Below are positions 9,651 to 23,813 of a DNA stretch of 64,000 bases, in pieces. The stretch's first letter is position 1. The number at the start of each line of letters is the position of its first letter. Position numbers and translations under genes: made by a program. The notes under the pieces were generated by a model. The model was not told where the DNA came from. It searched no databases and saw only the letters and a program-made list of their open reading frames with translations. The stretch comes from Tubulanus polymorphus (Eukaryota; Animalia; Nemertea), in NCBI RefSeq assembly GCF_964204645.1, contig NC_134031.1:17471807-17535806 (forward strand), written 5' to 3'.

Positions 9651-12600
9651 CTGGAAAATAAGACAACGATACAATTCTTCAGTAATTATTGAAAGATGTC
9701 ATTGCACATTTTGGATACAAAAATGAATAGGGGTTGTTATCTCTAAGAATCACGTAACGCGTATGAGGGAGTTCGGGCAAAAAGTTTGTTTCAGATTGTT
9801 AGAGGGGAAATGGGTGTCTCGAAACCTCTGTTACATTTTGCTAAGTAATATCGCAAGGGTCTGATTTGTTAGATATTGTTACAAGGGAAAGGTAGTTAAA
9901 AACTTCCCCAAAAAATGTGTTACGTAAAACAGCCCTATATTATCCCTGGGTTTATTTACCCAATGACCAATATGTCGATAATATTTATAGAATACTTCTT
10001 GAATTTCAAGTTTTGAAAACACCTAAAAAGTCAACGTGGATTAAGCCTCGAGCTTTCGAACGATAGTGTCAAATTCAGATGCAGTCAAATAATTGGTGTA
10101 ATTTTTAGTTTCCGAATTATAACGGTCCAATCATCGGGTATGTTTACCAACATCGAAAAAACTAATCGGTGAAAATGTTTCGAAATCTTGTAGGTCTGCG
10201 TCACAGAGTAATCATCTTATAGATGAATGAAGCCGTAGAGGTCCACACGCGATTTGGATGCTCACTGATGTCAGACTAGCTAATCTGATCTGTCTGAATA
10301 GTTCACGGGAGCGCATCAACTTCTGCACATTCCTAGAGCTAAGTTCTATAGTGTGGTTGAAAAAATTGTCGTTCCACAGTTGCCATGTTACCACGGTTGT
10401 TTACTGATTACTGGTTTCGAGTTGCAGGTAGGAGAAGAGACCAGCGGCGATTCGCCGCCGGTTCCTGTCAAATCGAGCAGTTCCGACTGAAAGGGCGGCT
10501 CATAATTTGTTAGACGCTTCGGCCGTATTCCCTTGAATAACTCGCAGGCACAGGCTGACATCGGATTCTTACGAACTGACATGGCTAATAATATCAAATA
10601 AGTTTGTATAAGCCTGATTTACTGCGTCTTTCGCGAGCGCTCAGTCATTTTAATACTGTAAATTTCCACCGTTTGGCGGTTACGTCGGCGCCAACGGTGA
10701 CAACAGCAATTAACGTATATTTCTAATTAAATTTCTAAGACCTGATGTGATCCTGTCGCCAAATAACACGTAGCGCATCTATCATCCGTAGCTTCACCGA
10801 CGTAAAACGCGATACCGCGCAGTCCAAGGCCGCGACGTGCCCCGAAAACAAAGAACTGTACGCTGTTACGTTTCACAGAACCGTCCAAGACCTCCCTGAT
10901 CAAACCAATTAACGTCCCTCTGATGTTCAGTCACATTTTCTCTAATTAAAACGCTTGTAATGACAACTCATCATCATGCAGTGTTTAATTGTAAAGGAGA
11001 ACCTCTCCCGGAGGCCAGACTTGCTGCAAGTCGAGATTGAAGTGAAAATCCTTATGATGTTGATTCTTTTAAAAAAAACCGTTGTGCAATACGGGTGAAG
11101 GTGGCCATAGAAAAAAAACCCAACCTTAATTCTGAGTAAAACTATGATAGTATATTGTTATAGATCAAGCTATATGATGGCTATATGACACTTGTTCATT
11201 TTTAAATCACGTTGTAGTAGTGTAAAACCCTTCACGTTTTCAGCAGAAGTTGTGGTTGTAGTCGAATGGTGACGTTTATCCGTTTTAAAAGTGACAATTC
11301 GGCACGGCGATAGCTGACGACAAGTCCGTCGGTTTAAAAACTAACACGCATTATCAATAATTCACGATGAAACTATTACGCAGCGATGTGTCGCTGTCAC
11401 TTTGTCAATAAATTGCCGCGAGTTTTTGTCGGAGCCAATACGATCACCTCTACTGATAAAAGTTTTACCAGCACTCTTTGCTGTGTTAACTTTGTGTAGG
11501 ACAGAAAAAAAAGAACTATTACTAACGAAATTGACTTGAAAATAATCAGGATCCCGTTTCCGACTTAAATGATTCATATCCGATTAGCTATTGTTTTGAT
11601 AGACGATAAGTGTATAGTCGAAACGTTGAACAAACAATACTCTAGATAAAGAATAAGATTTTTGGACTTTTTCGTCTTTACAGTGAGATTCTTGTAATAA
11701 CAATTCACTATATATTTCCGACATCATTTGCTGAAGTCTAAAACGCCAATATCCAACAGCAGAATCCACCGCTCTCCGATTTTGTAGCACATTCAGGCCC
11801 CGATAGAACACTTTGCTATGGCTCGTGCTTCCGTCGATTCCGTGGGAACATAACCATTACGATCAATCACTAAACATATGAAAATATCAAAGCCACTATT
11901 AAATCCTTTTTCTCTTAACATGTATTTTATTAACAGGAAACGCAGAATGCACTATGGTCGATACTGTTGCTGTTTATGTTCACACAATAGTAAATTGCCT
12001 ATACCACCCAGTCAACCGAGATAAAAAAATGCGCCATACATATTCGTTCTAACCGTTAGAGAACCATTAGAAAAAGTACAACAAAACACCGCATCACTCC
12101 CCCATCGCTAAAAAATCGTGCGGCTTCGTCTCCCGAATTGCGACGCAGGATTTTATCTTACATCGATCCACAGACTTTGAGAAAGAGTCCGCGGATTGAT
12201 CCGAATGGAGAACAGTCTGCGTAGCCGGAAATCAAAGATGAAAACAGGTTGCCGTCTGCCGGAAGTTATCTGTCACAACGTTCGTTAACAAACCCTTCAA
12301 TGGTAAACCATACTTGAGAAGTTGGAGATGAGAGATTTTTCTCGCGTTTAATTGAAACCTGCCCCGGGTTCCTTTTTACCTACAACTCTACGTATTTCAA
12401 TACTTTATGTCGATTCTTTCTTATTCATATTTTGTATTTTATGACCAATATCGTTACTGAATTCAATACCATCCTATGAAGGACTGTTGCTAAGTGGACT
12501 CGAAAGGTTTTTGGGACTGCTTGCGAGAAGCCTCTTGTGGCCGGATTCTTTTTTGTTTGAACGTACATTAAATATTCAAGGATTCGCTTGGATCACCGTG

Positions 12601-15600
12601 ACTAGCCTAAAAGCATCAAAGGTGGTAGTATTTGTGGACATGATGAATCAAAGTGTCTCTATTTCACTTCATTTATAATCAAGAATCATCGCTGCATTCT
12701 GATCGACGAAAGCTAGAGGAACTTCGTGACTTCAATGCGGAAAGAAAATCCAGAAGGGTTTATGTATGCATGAAGTAATGATTCCGCCTTTTTTGTCAAT
12801 ACTGAAAAAAATCGCCATTAACTTCCAACGGAATAAACATTATTGCAACCTTTTCATTTTTTTCATTAATCGCAATTAATGGGATATTTCATTTTTGTGA
12901 TTCCATTGATAAAACCGAAAACCGCAACCGTCAACCACCACGATGACTGCAGCAGACCCGCGTGAGATCAATTTACCTACTAATACGAGATGGTAAAATG
13001 TACTGTTTGCCTTCGAATTGTATCGCCTTATTGCAGAACCATGCGTTCATTATTAAAGACGTGATGAATCGTAATAATTCGCTGATTTTATTGCAACCTG
13101 AGTCAACGAAAAGTGTAATAATTTGTTTAAACACGCGAGGAAGTAAATAAAGTAACTGTTGAGATAAACTACTCTGAATCAATCTACCGATTTCGCTATG
13201 AACTCGAATGTTTTCTCAGAAACCCATAACCAGTTTTCACTAGTAAAATTACTCTCGATATTTTTAACGGAACAGCTTAAAACTAACGATATGTATAACG
13301 ATTGTCAGTCAAATCACGTTTAAATGCTGAATCTCGACAATCCTCGCGAGAGCCTGCAATCGGTTTTACCGCAGTACGAGCACGCTCGATTGAATTCACG
13401 GTGTTACAAAAGACCATAGGACCGACTGGGGGAAAAACAGCTCGAATGATTTTCACTACACAATAGAAACACTTAGCAGATTAGCTTTCTGTCTCTTCTG
13501 TCGCGTTCGATTACCAGGCTTCCAGAAAAATTTGATTTTCACACGAAAAGTTTTGTAATTATTACCAAAAGCAAATCAATGGACCTTAATAGCTTTAGTC
13601 TTTGTACCGTAACGGCAATTTCTGGCGCGTGTATCGACTTATAACATTTTTCGACCCTTGACTCGAAAAAAGTACAGTAGGAATTGTATGTAAAACGAAA
13701 AATACATAAAACCTAAATCATTATTCTAAAGTTTGATATACGTTTTACCAAAAATACATTCCTCTTTATGTATTTATGTTAATAAGTAAATCAGACTAAG
13801 AATGCCCCTAAACATTATAGAATACGAAACCATCAAATATGACCTGTTGACGGCCTGGGTGTGTCAAAGCCACATATTAAATACTTAATCAAATCATATA
13901 GTCCTGTCTTGAAAATACCCTGAGGTAATGTATTGTTTTTAACGATGACAAAGCACATGCATAAAATCGGTTCATATGTTTTTGTACGTTGGTGAATTTC
14001 ATGTGCGTTATTTCATCAAAACCTTCGATGCATTTTAAATAGTATTTGCGACAAGGAATTTCGTAAAGGGTTAAAGAACAAAAAATGTCAATAAGTCAAC
14101 ATTTGCATTATAACTATTGTGGTGTGAGTGATCAAATGACTCATTTGTCACTACATGCACTGAAATGCATGCCGCAATGATGACATATTGGCTGCTCTCT
14201 GCGGTCGTGACATGTTCAGCATAAAATTATATAATTTCTATATTACGAAGCTAAGCAAAGAAAACGCAAAAATTAAACCAAATTAAATATTAAAACCTAC
14301 AAGCTATTTAGCTATGAATTATACAGGCAGTAATAAAACTTTATTATCACGAAAAAAAACTGCATGCGAAAGATTAAAATCCCACTTGATAACGACCTCT
14401 CATATTTACTTGAATGAACAAGATTCAAATCTTAAATTTATTGAGAAGTGTTTGCGTTTCGTCTACTTCGGAGTGTTTTCGATTATCGTCTTGTGTTTGT
14501 TGATCATGACGGCGGTTTGTGTGATGATGTCGTCTGGTGGATGTCTTCCGAAGGTTCCTTATTAGTCGAGTTCAAAATCAGTTCCGACCAACCTGCGATA
14601 GGTCCTAACTCGGGTCGGCTTGGTCTTTACATGGACTAAGTCCATAGTCGTTACTAGCGTATGCTTAGTATCGACTATCGGCCAAAGTGCATCATTTACC
14701 ATTTTGATTTTTTTCCGATCACACATAAACATTAATCAAATCTGGACGTACCAGCTTTCCGGTCCATTTATCGTGTCAAAAGCATATATTCGTATTCTTA
14801 GTTATATAGTTATTCTTAATAGTCGTATATAAGAAATAGGCGCAGAAAATTGGTTATTCTTGGTCGCAGATTCGGTGCGACTGAATGTTCTTTTTCAGAA
14901 AATGAAGTATCGGTTATTTGTAATAGATAGATAAAGATATAGTTGTTGTAAGTCACAAGACACCTCTCCATGGCGTAGCGACGTTATCTTTGATATCGTT
15001 TTTAACCGATATGATGGTACTATAAATGCAGCGCCAGTAATAAAAGGTTACTTACTGAGCCTCGTGGGAGCAGGTCAGATGTGTCGATTTATTGCGATAT
15101 GACAGCGCTGTCAATATCATTGGGCCTGGGAATGAACGTCCTACCAAACCTACTGTACGTTACAACTAACGTATGTTGCATTTCTGATGAGTATTTCGCA
15201 ACCAGCAGTTCTACAATAGGATTTCAGCCAAATTCTCTCTCTAAGTAATTGAACGACGACTTCGAAAGATACAGATATGGTTGGAAGCATTGCCAGTCAT
15301 TTCCTGTATAAGCTAATTAATATCTTAAGCCTTAGAAGCTCTATCGAGAAAAATCGAAAGCAATTAAAGGTTGGATTTTAAAGTGAATCTAAAAATAAGG
15401 TTTATATTCGCTCATCAAAATCGGAATTTAAAAATGCGAAATCTTCTTAAGAGGGAATTGACTGTCGATAAATGAGTTCCCGGTATTCCTAATCGTCGGT
15501 GATCTTAATTAGATTTTCTTCGTACAAGATTAGAGGACGAGTTTTGTTGTACAGAAGTTTATAATGCCAGTAGAAACTTCGAATTATCAGAGGAGTCAAC

Positions 15601-18600
15601 AGGATCGGTGTCGCGTGCACTGAGTTAGATACGATGTCAGTTGCATTTACTACCATGATTTTAAGTGGGATATGTCCATTTAGTAAGTACTTAACGATAC
15701 AAAATTAACCCGGAAACTAAGCCGCAATGCGTGATACGAGAAGCCCCGGACGCTTCGCAGCCATAAAAAAGTCCGTCAATCCGCTGTGTAACCCTATCAC
15801 GTAATAGATTGAAACGAAACGGCCGCCCGAAAAATCAAGTCCTAATGATTTCGTGGAGAGATCATCGCGAGATGACACGATATGTTTTATTAAGCGAATA
15901 ATACTTCAATGTCGGCCGGGGAAACTGGATATCATATTCGATATGTTGGAAATTCTGCAGTAACATTTACGTTCCATCGCGCGCCTCGATACTCAACCTG
16001 ATTTATGTATTAATTGCTACTAATACTCGAGTACAACATGTAACCGCAAAGTTCACTGAAAAATCTCTCCCGTATCCGTTGGATTTTGAGTTCGCGAGAT
16101 CAATCATTTGATATGTGAAGAAAATGCAATCAGTATGGAATTCTGATTTGTGTACTATCTTATTTTGGGGCCAATCAATGATATGAGGGACCAATTGCAC
16201 CCCGGGAAATCGGAATGCTTTTCATTTTAGTTCCCCATATGATCTGATGATCATCGTTACACGTACGTTCGGTCCTCCCAACGAGTTTCGGCATCGATTT
16301 CCGATCAGATATTTTTATGCTGTCTTTGATCGATGAATTGAAGACACTGCGATTAGCGCGCCGCCTAGGGGTGATGATTTTTGTAATAAAAATGGAGTCG
16401 TATTACGAAGACGTTGTTGATATAACGCTTAGGTCGGATTTCGGGTTCAGAAACTGTTACAAGCTCATCTATAACGAGATTGCACACAGCCGCTAGACAT
16501 TTCAGCGCTCGATTGGGTAAATTAGTTCGATTGGGCGAAAGTAAACAGAACCGTGATCGATTCTGTGGCACAATCAGTCGACCTAAGCACCTAAACTGTA
16601 CGACCGAGTCACATCTCTGCGACCAGTCAATCGCAATTGATCAGAGATAGGTTTGGATATCGGTGATATTATGATGCGCCGTTTAGCACAGAACGTTTCG
16701 ATAAGCAACGCTTTTATACGTGCGTCACGTCCGTTGCAGCAGACGACTCTAGTTCGGTGAAACGATAAACTAGAAACTAGGAAGACCGATCAAACTGAAG
16801 GTATCGGGAATGAGATAGATACCTGTGAAAAGCAAATTAGTTGTATCCGAACCTAAACCTATTAAAACGCAATCTTACTCGAGATAATCTATATGAACGA
16901 AACCGCGTTTCTAACATGATACGAGCGTTAATTTAATCGGCCCTCCAATTCGCCGGTACAACCGTCAACTTTTCCGACAATTAACCAGATTTCCGTAGGT
17001 CTCAGTAAAGTAATTAACGAACGAAGATCGGGGTTATTGCTAGAAGCGAGCTGACTTAATCGATGCAATTGACTGCAAGTTTAAGTATACACGTATAGTT
17101 GTTCCTCCGTTTCACTGTTTGAAATTAATGTCCGCATATTCCTAGAGTCGTCGATGGACGATTCTTGACGAAATAGCCAGTGCCATATTGATAATGTATA
17201 TACGAAATATAATATATAATCCTTTAATGGATACACGATATGGTTGGAATATGTTTTGAAAGTATTCCTGCTCTTGGGATATTGATGATGACGTAGTTGT
17301 CTAATGCCTCATCATCTGAATTTTTCTCCTGCGCGACAACCAACATAAGTGCTGACATGCCCATTTTCAGCGTTTCCTTTAACCGGTTATGCTAACATTC
17401 ACCTCACCCGAATTATTGTCATCGATATCATTTTGTCAGTCGCAGGATATCGGTGTTTCAATTATCATCTCGCGAACGCATTTGCTGCCATTTTCGTTTC
17501 AATCCAATTTTGCCGTTTGGACATGTACTTAGCCTCGTTTGAACTAAATACGGGTCTCGTCGACGATAAGTGACTTCCGGCTTCTGTCAGCGTTCACTTC
17601 CGGTTTCTGTCAGCCTCGTCCCGTCTGTCATTTCGTTTTGTAAAACGTAATACATGGTCCATGTTTGATATAAAATTACCCGTATATACAAGTGAATTGT
17701 AAATAAAGATATAGGTTTGAACATATACCTTCCCAAACTTTCTAGAATAGGCCTACGTCACGAACGAGTGATATCTTTTTTTTTGTTATATACATTGAAA
17801 CGTCTCAGCTAAGTAGAGAAATAAAGGTGCCTTTCTTATTCTTATTCTTGTTCTTTTCTATGACGGATATCGTTAATATCGATGAAGAATGGACGTGTCC
17901 TGTTGTACCGGCTTTGGAACTATTGATGATCCCGTTGCCTTAAGAAATGAAAAATTACATTGTCGTGTTTGAGGCTCTCCGCGGCCGAGCAACTTTTCTC
18001 GTAGATTACATAGATATGCAATTATCAAAGCGTCATTTAATCACTATACTGTCCAGCGCGATTTCCACCTTTGAGCGGGAGGACAATGCCCTGAAAAGTA
18101 CGGAGAAGAAAGGAACGGGAAGGGGAAATCGATGGATTAGTAATTCTCCGGTTGATCCGGATTAGCGTTTCCTACCTCTCAGTCGGACTGTAATTCAAAG
18201 ATTTACGTGCGTTTCGGGAGACACTAATTACACCGGGAGTTACTGTAAGACCGTACGTAACGTAAATACCAACTGACGTTCTGATGTTTAGTAGCAGCTT
18301 TCTATAGTGGGCTTCTGACAATAATTCAGGATACCTGTCTCGCCGAATAGATAGTTCGGATACGAAACTAAAGGCATAGGTCGTGTTGACTGTTTTTTGT
18401 TCGAAAAGCAAAGATATGTGACTGGTTGCATACGGCATTTTCTGCGACTAGAAATGAAAGATTTATTTAAGCATGGTCTAAGTCCATGATTTAAGTTACC
18501 GTACAGCGGCGCCTTTGTTCTATAATTTACCACCAACGCATCATAGCCACTTTTTCTGATCTTTCGTTCGGATCGCAACAGCATAACAAATGTTACTCAC

Positions 18601-21600
18601 CCACCATATCGCTTAATTTGCTTCCATTTGAGTTCGATCGCTTTGTGATTCCATTTTGAAGTGGGCGCAATATCCTAATTTTTGCTTATTAGCAACGTTC
18701 AGTTTATTCGTTGTCATGGTAACCATTGGCCATGGTAACGAGTATTTCAGCATTGTAAATATTACGTATATATTTGCATTCTAATAATAAACGTCAAGCC
18801 GCTGCGGCACTTTGCCATTTTCAATCTCAATTGCCTTATCTTTCTTTTTTGTTGCAAAAAATTCTCATGTGTTCATGTGGTATACATAAGAGTAACCTGT
18901 AATTGCTTTTGGCACTGCTCACATGTTCACGTGAAGTACCAGTTCCAAAGCTAGACAAACCCAGGAAGTACATACACATCGACACTTCAAAAACACGTCA
19001 AAGTTTCCACAGATTTTTAAACTATTTGATAAAGCATTTTTTTCGACGAATTCATATTTTCAGCGCCTATTTCATCCTAGAATCTTTCGAATCAACACAT
19101 TACCTAGAGATGCGCAATCAACTATTGCAAGAAGTTCCCATTATTCTTTATGCGAAGATTGATGCTATTTTGTTGTTTATTGTCATTAATCACATTTCAC
19201 ATGAAGAGTTGTTTGTTTAGGGGTCGGGGAATTGTTTTCCTAGATGCATTGTACAGTTTTTCCTCATTCAAACTTCCCGATAGAATTTGTAAGGCACCAC
19301 GCGTTTTTAGCTTAGCATAAGCAACATAAATGATACACATCGTCTATGCAGTAATACTATAGGGTATTAAATTAAGGAAGAATTCAAGAAAAAGATTAGA
19401 TTGGTATCTCTTTTAAGAAAAACTATCCAGTGTGTCATTGCTCCAAATGATCTTACTTTTCAATCGCAAGTTGATCAGTTTATCCTTTGTCCAATTCACT
19501 ATTTGCGACAAATCTCGATAAAATTCATCTATAAATCAAAAATCCAATTCGGTGCTGAGCAACGACCAGAATATGGGTTCGAATTGTGGAAAATGGCTAC
19601 ATGATTTCTATCTTGACTTCGAAAGCGAATGATTCACTTTACATTGAACAAACCCATCCAATGACGTCAATATAATGACGGTAAAACGGAAATAACAATT
19701 CAAATATCGGTACCGATTAAAAGTTCGCGTTTTACCCCTACGCATGTAATTCAGTTGGAATTGAAATAATTAGTTGAGAAGATAAATCAATAAATTGCTC
19801 ATGACTGGACTTTTGAATATGCATATCGTGTGTTTATAAGAACGTGCCTTAAACCTACATTTTGGAAATCCGATTTTTTTAGGTATTATATAAACAAAAT
19901 GAGCATGCTAAAGTTATCTGTCAATAAACCATCGGGTTACTGGGCACTAAACCTTCTTGTATTCTCGATAACCTCATCATCTGAACAAATTGACTTGATT
20001 GTCAAACATCGTTCGGTCAGTTCCGCTAATTTCCGGTGATTTCCGCCTTGTAATGAGGTAGTCAATAAACAGTCAACTCCACGACAATCGACGGTAAACA
20101 CATATTCGTGGGCTCGCCTCTAAACTGATTTTGTTTATATTGTTTGTGGCCCTTTGATAAAACACCGACAATCGCACTCGTATATGAGTCTCCATTTGAC
20201 TCTTTGATGCTACGTGAAAGCAGGAATTTCCAGTCTTTTAAAGAAACATTTTTTAGATAATTGATATGATTTCTTATAGCACTTCAGTCCAAAGAAGTCC
20301 ACCATTTCATGAAGCGAAGGAGATCACAAAGCAAAGCGCATTAAATTCACGTCGCTATTAGGTAACTCATAAAAAAACTAATACTTAGCTTGGAAACCAT
20401 ATCAACGTTGCGAGTATTCATACAAAGCAAGTACCCCTTTCGTGAAATTACCGCTTGTAGATCTCTTTTGGTGTGTTGTGTAAGCCGGTATTGATCAAGA
20501 TGGAGACTGTTTGAATAGCTACTAATTGCAATCAGATTACCAACGTGTTTTCTGTAAGGACCGCCCTGATGACATTTTTCTAGACTAATTCTCTTACGTA
20601 AACTGGTGTCTTTGGAGGGTTTCTATTCTTAATTAGCGAACCAGTCGAATTAATACTGAACAAAGCTGGCACGGTAAAAGTTACCGGCGGCAAAGAAAAA
20701 TAACCGAGAGAGAAAGTCGTCTATACTCGACATAATTGATTTTTATCTGAAGAAGATTTTTCGAACTAATCTAAGTTTCTCTTAAAACGATACCGCGATG
20801 CTATCTGTGACCTTTCGTTCAGTACAATCCTATCATGTTCTATCGTCGAGTAATTCTAAACGAGCGATATTTTCTTTAACATAATGGATAAAGATGTCGT
20901 AGAATAGCTCATCACACGCGACGTAACTAACAACTTTTCGAATACTGAATTAGTTCTACATAAATTGCGAATACTTTCGGTTAGGTCCCCTATCGGGTAT
21001 AAAAGTAGAAAGCTCATTTGATTACTCGTTGTAATCAGTCTTCTGTACTGTAATCCAATATCAATCCAAACTTTTGTGCTAATTACTCTTTCGAGGATTA
21101 TGCAACGATCATCGTTCGAACATTTCTTTCGCAATTTAGAAGCCGCTTAATTTGTCTGCTACGTTACTTAGGAAGGAAATTTGCTTTCAGGAAACTACGA
21201 TACAGTTTCCTATACTTGAATGTTGAATTTTTCTGAATTCCCACGTGACGTATGTTTGAATAGGCGCGCTATTTCGTGGAATAACGGTCGCAAATTTATC
21301 AGTTCCCCCGAATTGGAGCTCGGTTTTGTTTGCTTGATAGTCGCGTATCACAATAGGATACCTTTTTGGTAAACACGCTTGACGAGTTGATATTGGAAAC
21401 TGTTATTGCGGCGCTTGAAAAACCCGTGTTTCGTTCTTGCATCTGTTTTTGCGGAGGCATTTTATTGGGTTGTCGTACGCGTAGTTGAACGACGACAAAA
21501 GGCGATGACTGCGTTCACTAATAAACGCCGATAACATATTCGCCACCGAAAATTATTATTTCCTTCCTTTCATTAACAAACGCGTCGAAGTTACTATTTC

Positions 21601-23097
21601 TATCTTTCAGAATTGATCGAAGAATCAATTGTTTTAGTGAATATGATATTTTATTCGAGGAAATTTTCCTGGTTAACTTGTTTTATTAGTGTATCACTGT
21701 TGATGCTTGGTCTGTGGACTGTGTAAATGCCCTTAAAATAGGTAATTGTCCGACTTATTTATTTGATTTTGATTTGGTTTCGTTTGGTATCCCTTACAGG
21801 CCCCTCACAGCTGCCAGGAGCGGAAATCGGAAATCGAGGTATAGAAGAAATGTTAGTTTTCACGAGCCGTTTCCAGCTAGCTTTTTTCTGCTATACGCGA
21901 CAGGACCTTAAATCATTCCATAGAAATTCTCAACTGCAATTAAACGTCTTAAATATGTTAAAATCCCGTCGTTTGATGGCCCATGAATTCGTAATAACAA
22001 TTGACAACCATTGTGCCGGAACTACCGCGACGACAGGTGAAATATTTATCGCTGTATTCATTCCGTAACATATTGGAGACTGAATTGGAGACCTTTAGAA
22101 ATGGCGAACAAACGGCCGCGTTAGGACAGCGTGAGAAGTTGAGCGCCCGCCTTCGACATCAACCTAAAACCTTAGATCTTATCTGAAGGGCAAGTAAGGG
22201 CTGCGTTATAGTGTATGTCGAAATCAGTTCATTGACAATTGATTGAATAATGATTTGAGGAATCGAAATTGATTTTGCTACCACCCCCTGCCAAATGTCA
22301 TTCGCCTTCAGACATTCCACCTTCGCCTACGCGCTTTTTCTCGGAATAGCAACACTAATCCGTGCATGCGAATATCGTTTCAAGAGATTGATAGAATAAA
22401 TTACTTCCACTATTATGATAGTAACAATATTACGTGTACTATTACTTCAAACTTAATATCGATTTTGATTCTTGATACTGTGGATCTTGCTTTATTCATT
22501 TTAGCTGTGATATAATTTCATGATACGCGTTCGATATGTAAGTGATGACTTGTTGACAGATTTCAGATGCTGCGTCTCTCGCGCTCATCCACCGACGTCA
22601 CGATGATAGTCATCGGAGACGTATAGTGTCAATAGATGTATCAGTAAATTCCGACGAGCCCCCGTCGTGAAATCAACCCTCCTTACTGAACCCTCCTATG
22701 CTCTTCAAGATGATTTCAAATCATTTGTCTATATTCTAATTAGGCTGATTGAAAGCTTAACGAATATTTTCCCTTTGTTAGATCGATATCCATCAACGTA
22801 TTTATTCAAGAAGTCAATATCTTCACGATATAAAACAACCCCCAAAAATGATCGAAAATCAAAGTATCAGTCGATTCCGATGTGTTCCTCGGATTATGGC
22901 TATCGGGAGTGCCCTCATTAACGTCATTCCCAGTTTAATTTCGCAGTTTCAATTCAGCATAACGCACATATATATACTTAATGCCACATTGTCGAGTTCG
23001 ATCTTACTTACATACGATTTATTCCCGATGAAGGATACGGTATCTTCACGCCATATTTGTTTTCAAATCGACGCCCTCCGAATTTTTAGATGCTCAG

Positions 23098-23202
23098 GAC
23101 CCAGTTCCACAGTTGTGAGTTAAGAATCGACTCAGAGTTAACTCTGAGTCGAATGATAATTTTAACTCAGAGTTAACTCTAACTCAGAACACTGTGGAGA
23201 TC
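23098..23202. mobile_element. Short palindromic (fold-back/MITE-like) repeat
   Basis: Outer arms TCCACAGTTGTGAGTTA ... TAACTCAGAACACTGTGGA; an internal perfect 26-bp palindrome TCGACTCAGAGTTAACTCTGAGTCGA at 23127-23152. Confidence 0.7.
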
Positions 23203-23488
23203 CTGTATCGTTGAATTTAAGTTCGTTATTTTGGTGAAATACGTTAACTATCTGAGCATGTGTATAGCTTCATCGAGCCGTTGTATCAGTTTTTAACGGC
23301 TATAAGTCTGTTCATAAAAATCAGCTTAAACCTAGACTATTTGAATAAAATGTGTATAGGGTGAAATAAAGAAAATTGTTTAAAATGTTTAGAGGATTAG
23401 CGATTGTAACAATTTTTTGACGCTGTAAATACCGTTAAAATGATGTTTATATGACATTGATACCTGCGTAGTATGTGCCATTTAAAGG

Positions 23489-23813
23489 GGTTCTGTGTAA
23501 GTCGACGTGCACCACGTCATCAATATTGGCATTTCGAAATAACAATTACAATCACGAATTTTGGCGTTTATTTCTTACTCAATATGATTCACAACTTTTA
23601 TTCTATTTTTGATAAATTCCAATAATTATTTGACAATGTCAATATATTGGGGCTAGACTGGTTTCCGGTCAATTCAATTCAATTCAATTACCGACATATT
23701 TAAATCCAAAATAACTTTATTGATCCTTAGTATATAATTTATGTAATATCATTTGTTGTCGATAATACTACGCGATTTATGTTTGATTTTTCGAAGCGTC
23801 AATAAACTTTCAA
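23489..23813 (+). repeat. Dispersed repeat family A, copy 1
   Basis: Colinear with 63111-63472: GGTTCTGTGT...ACGTCATCAATATTGGC...GAATTTTGGCGTTTATTT...CTAGACTGGTT.CCGGTCAATTCA...GCGTCAATAAACTTTCAA. Confidence 0.85.
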
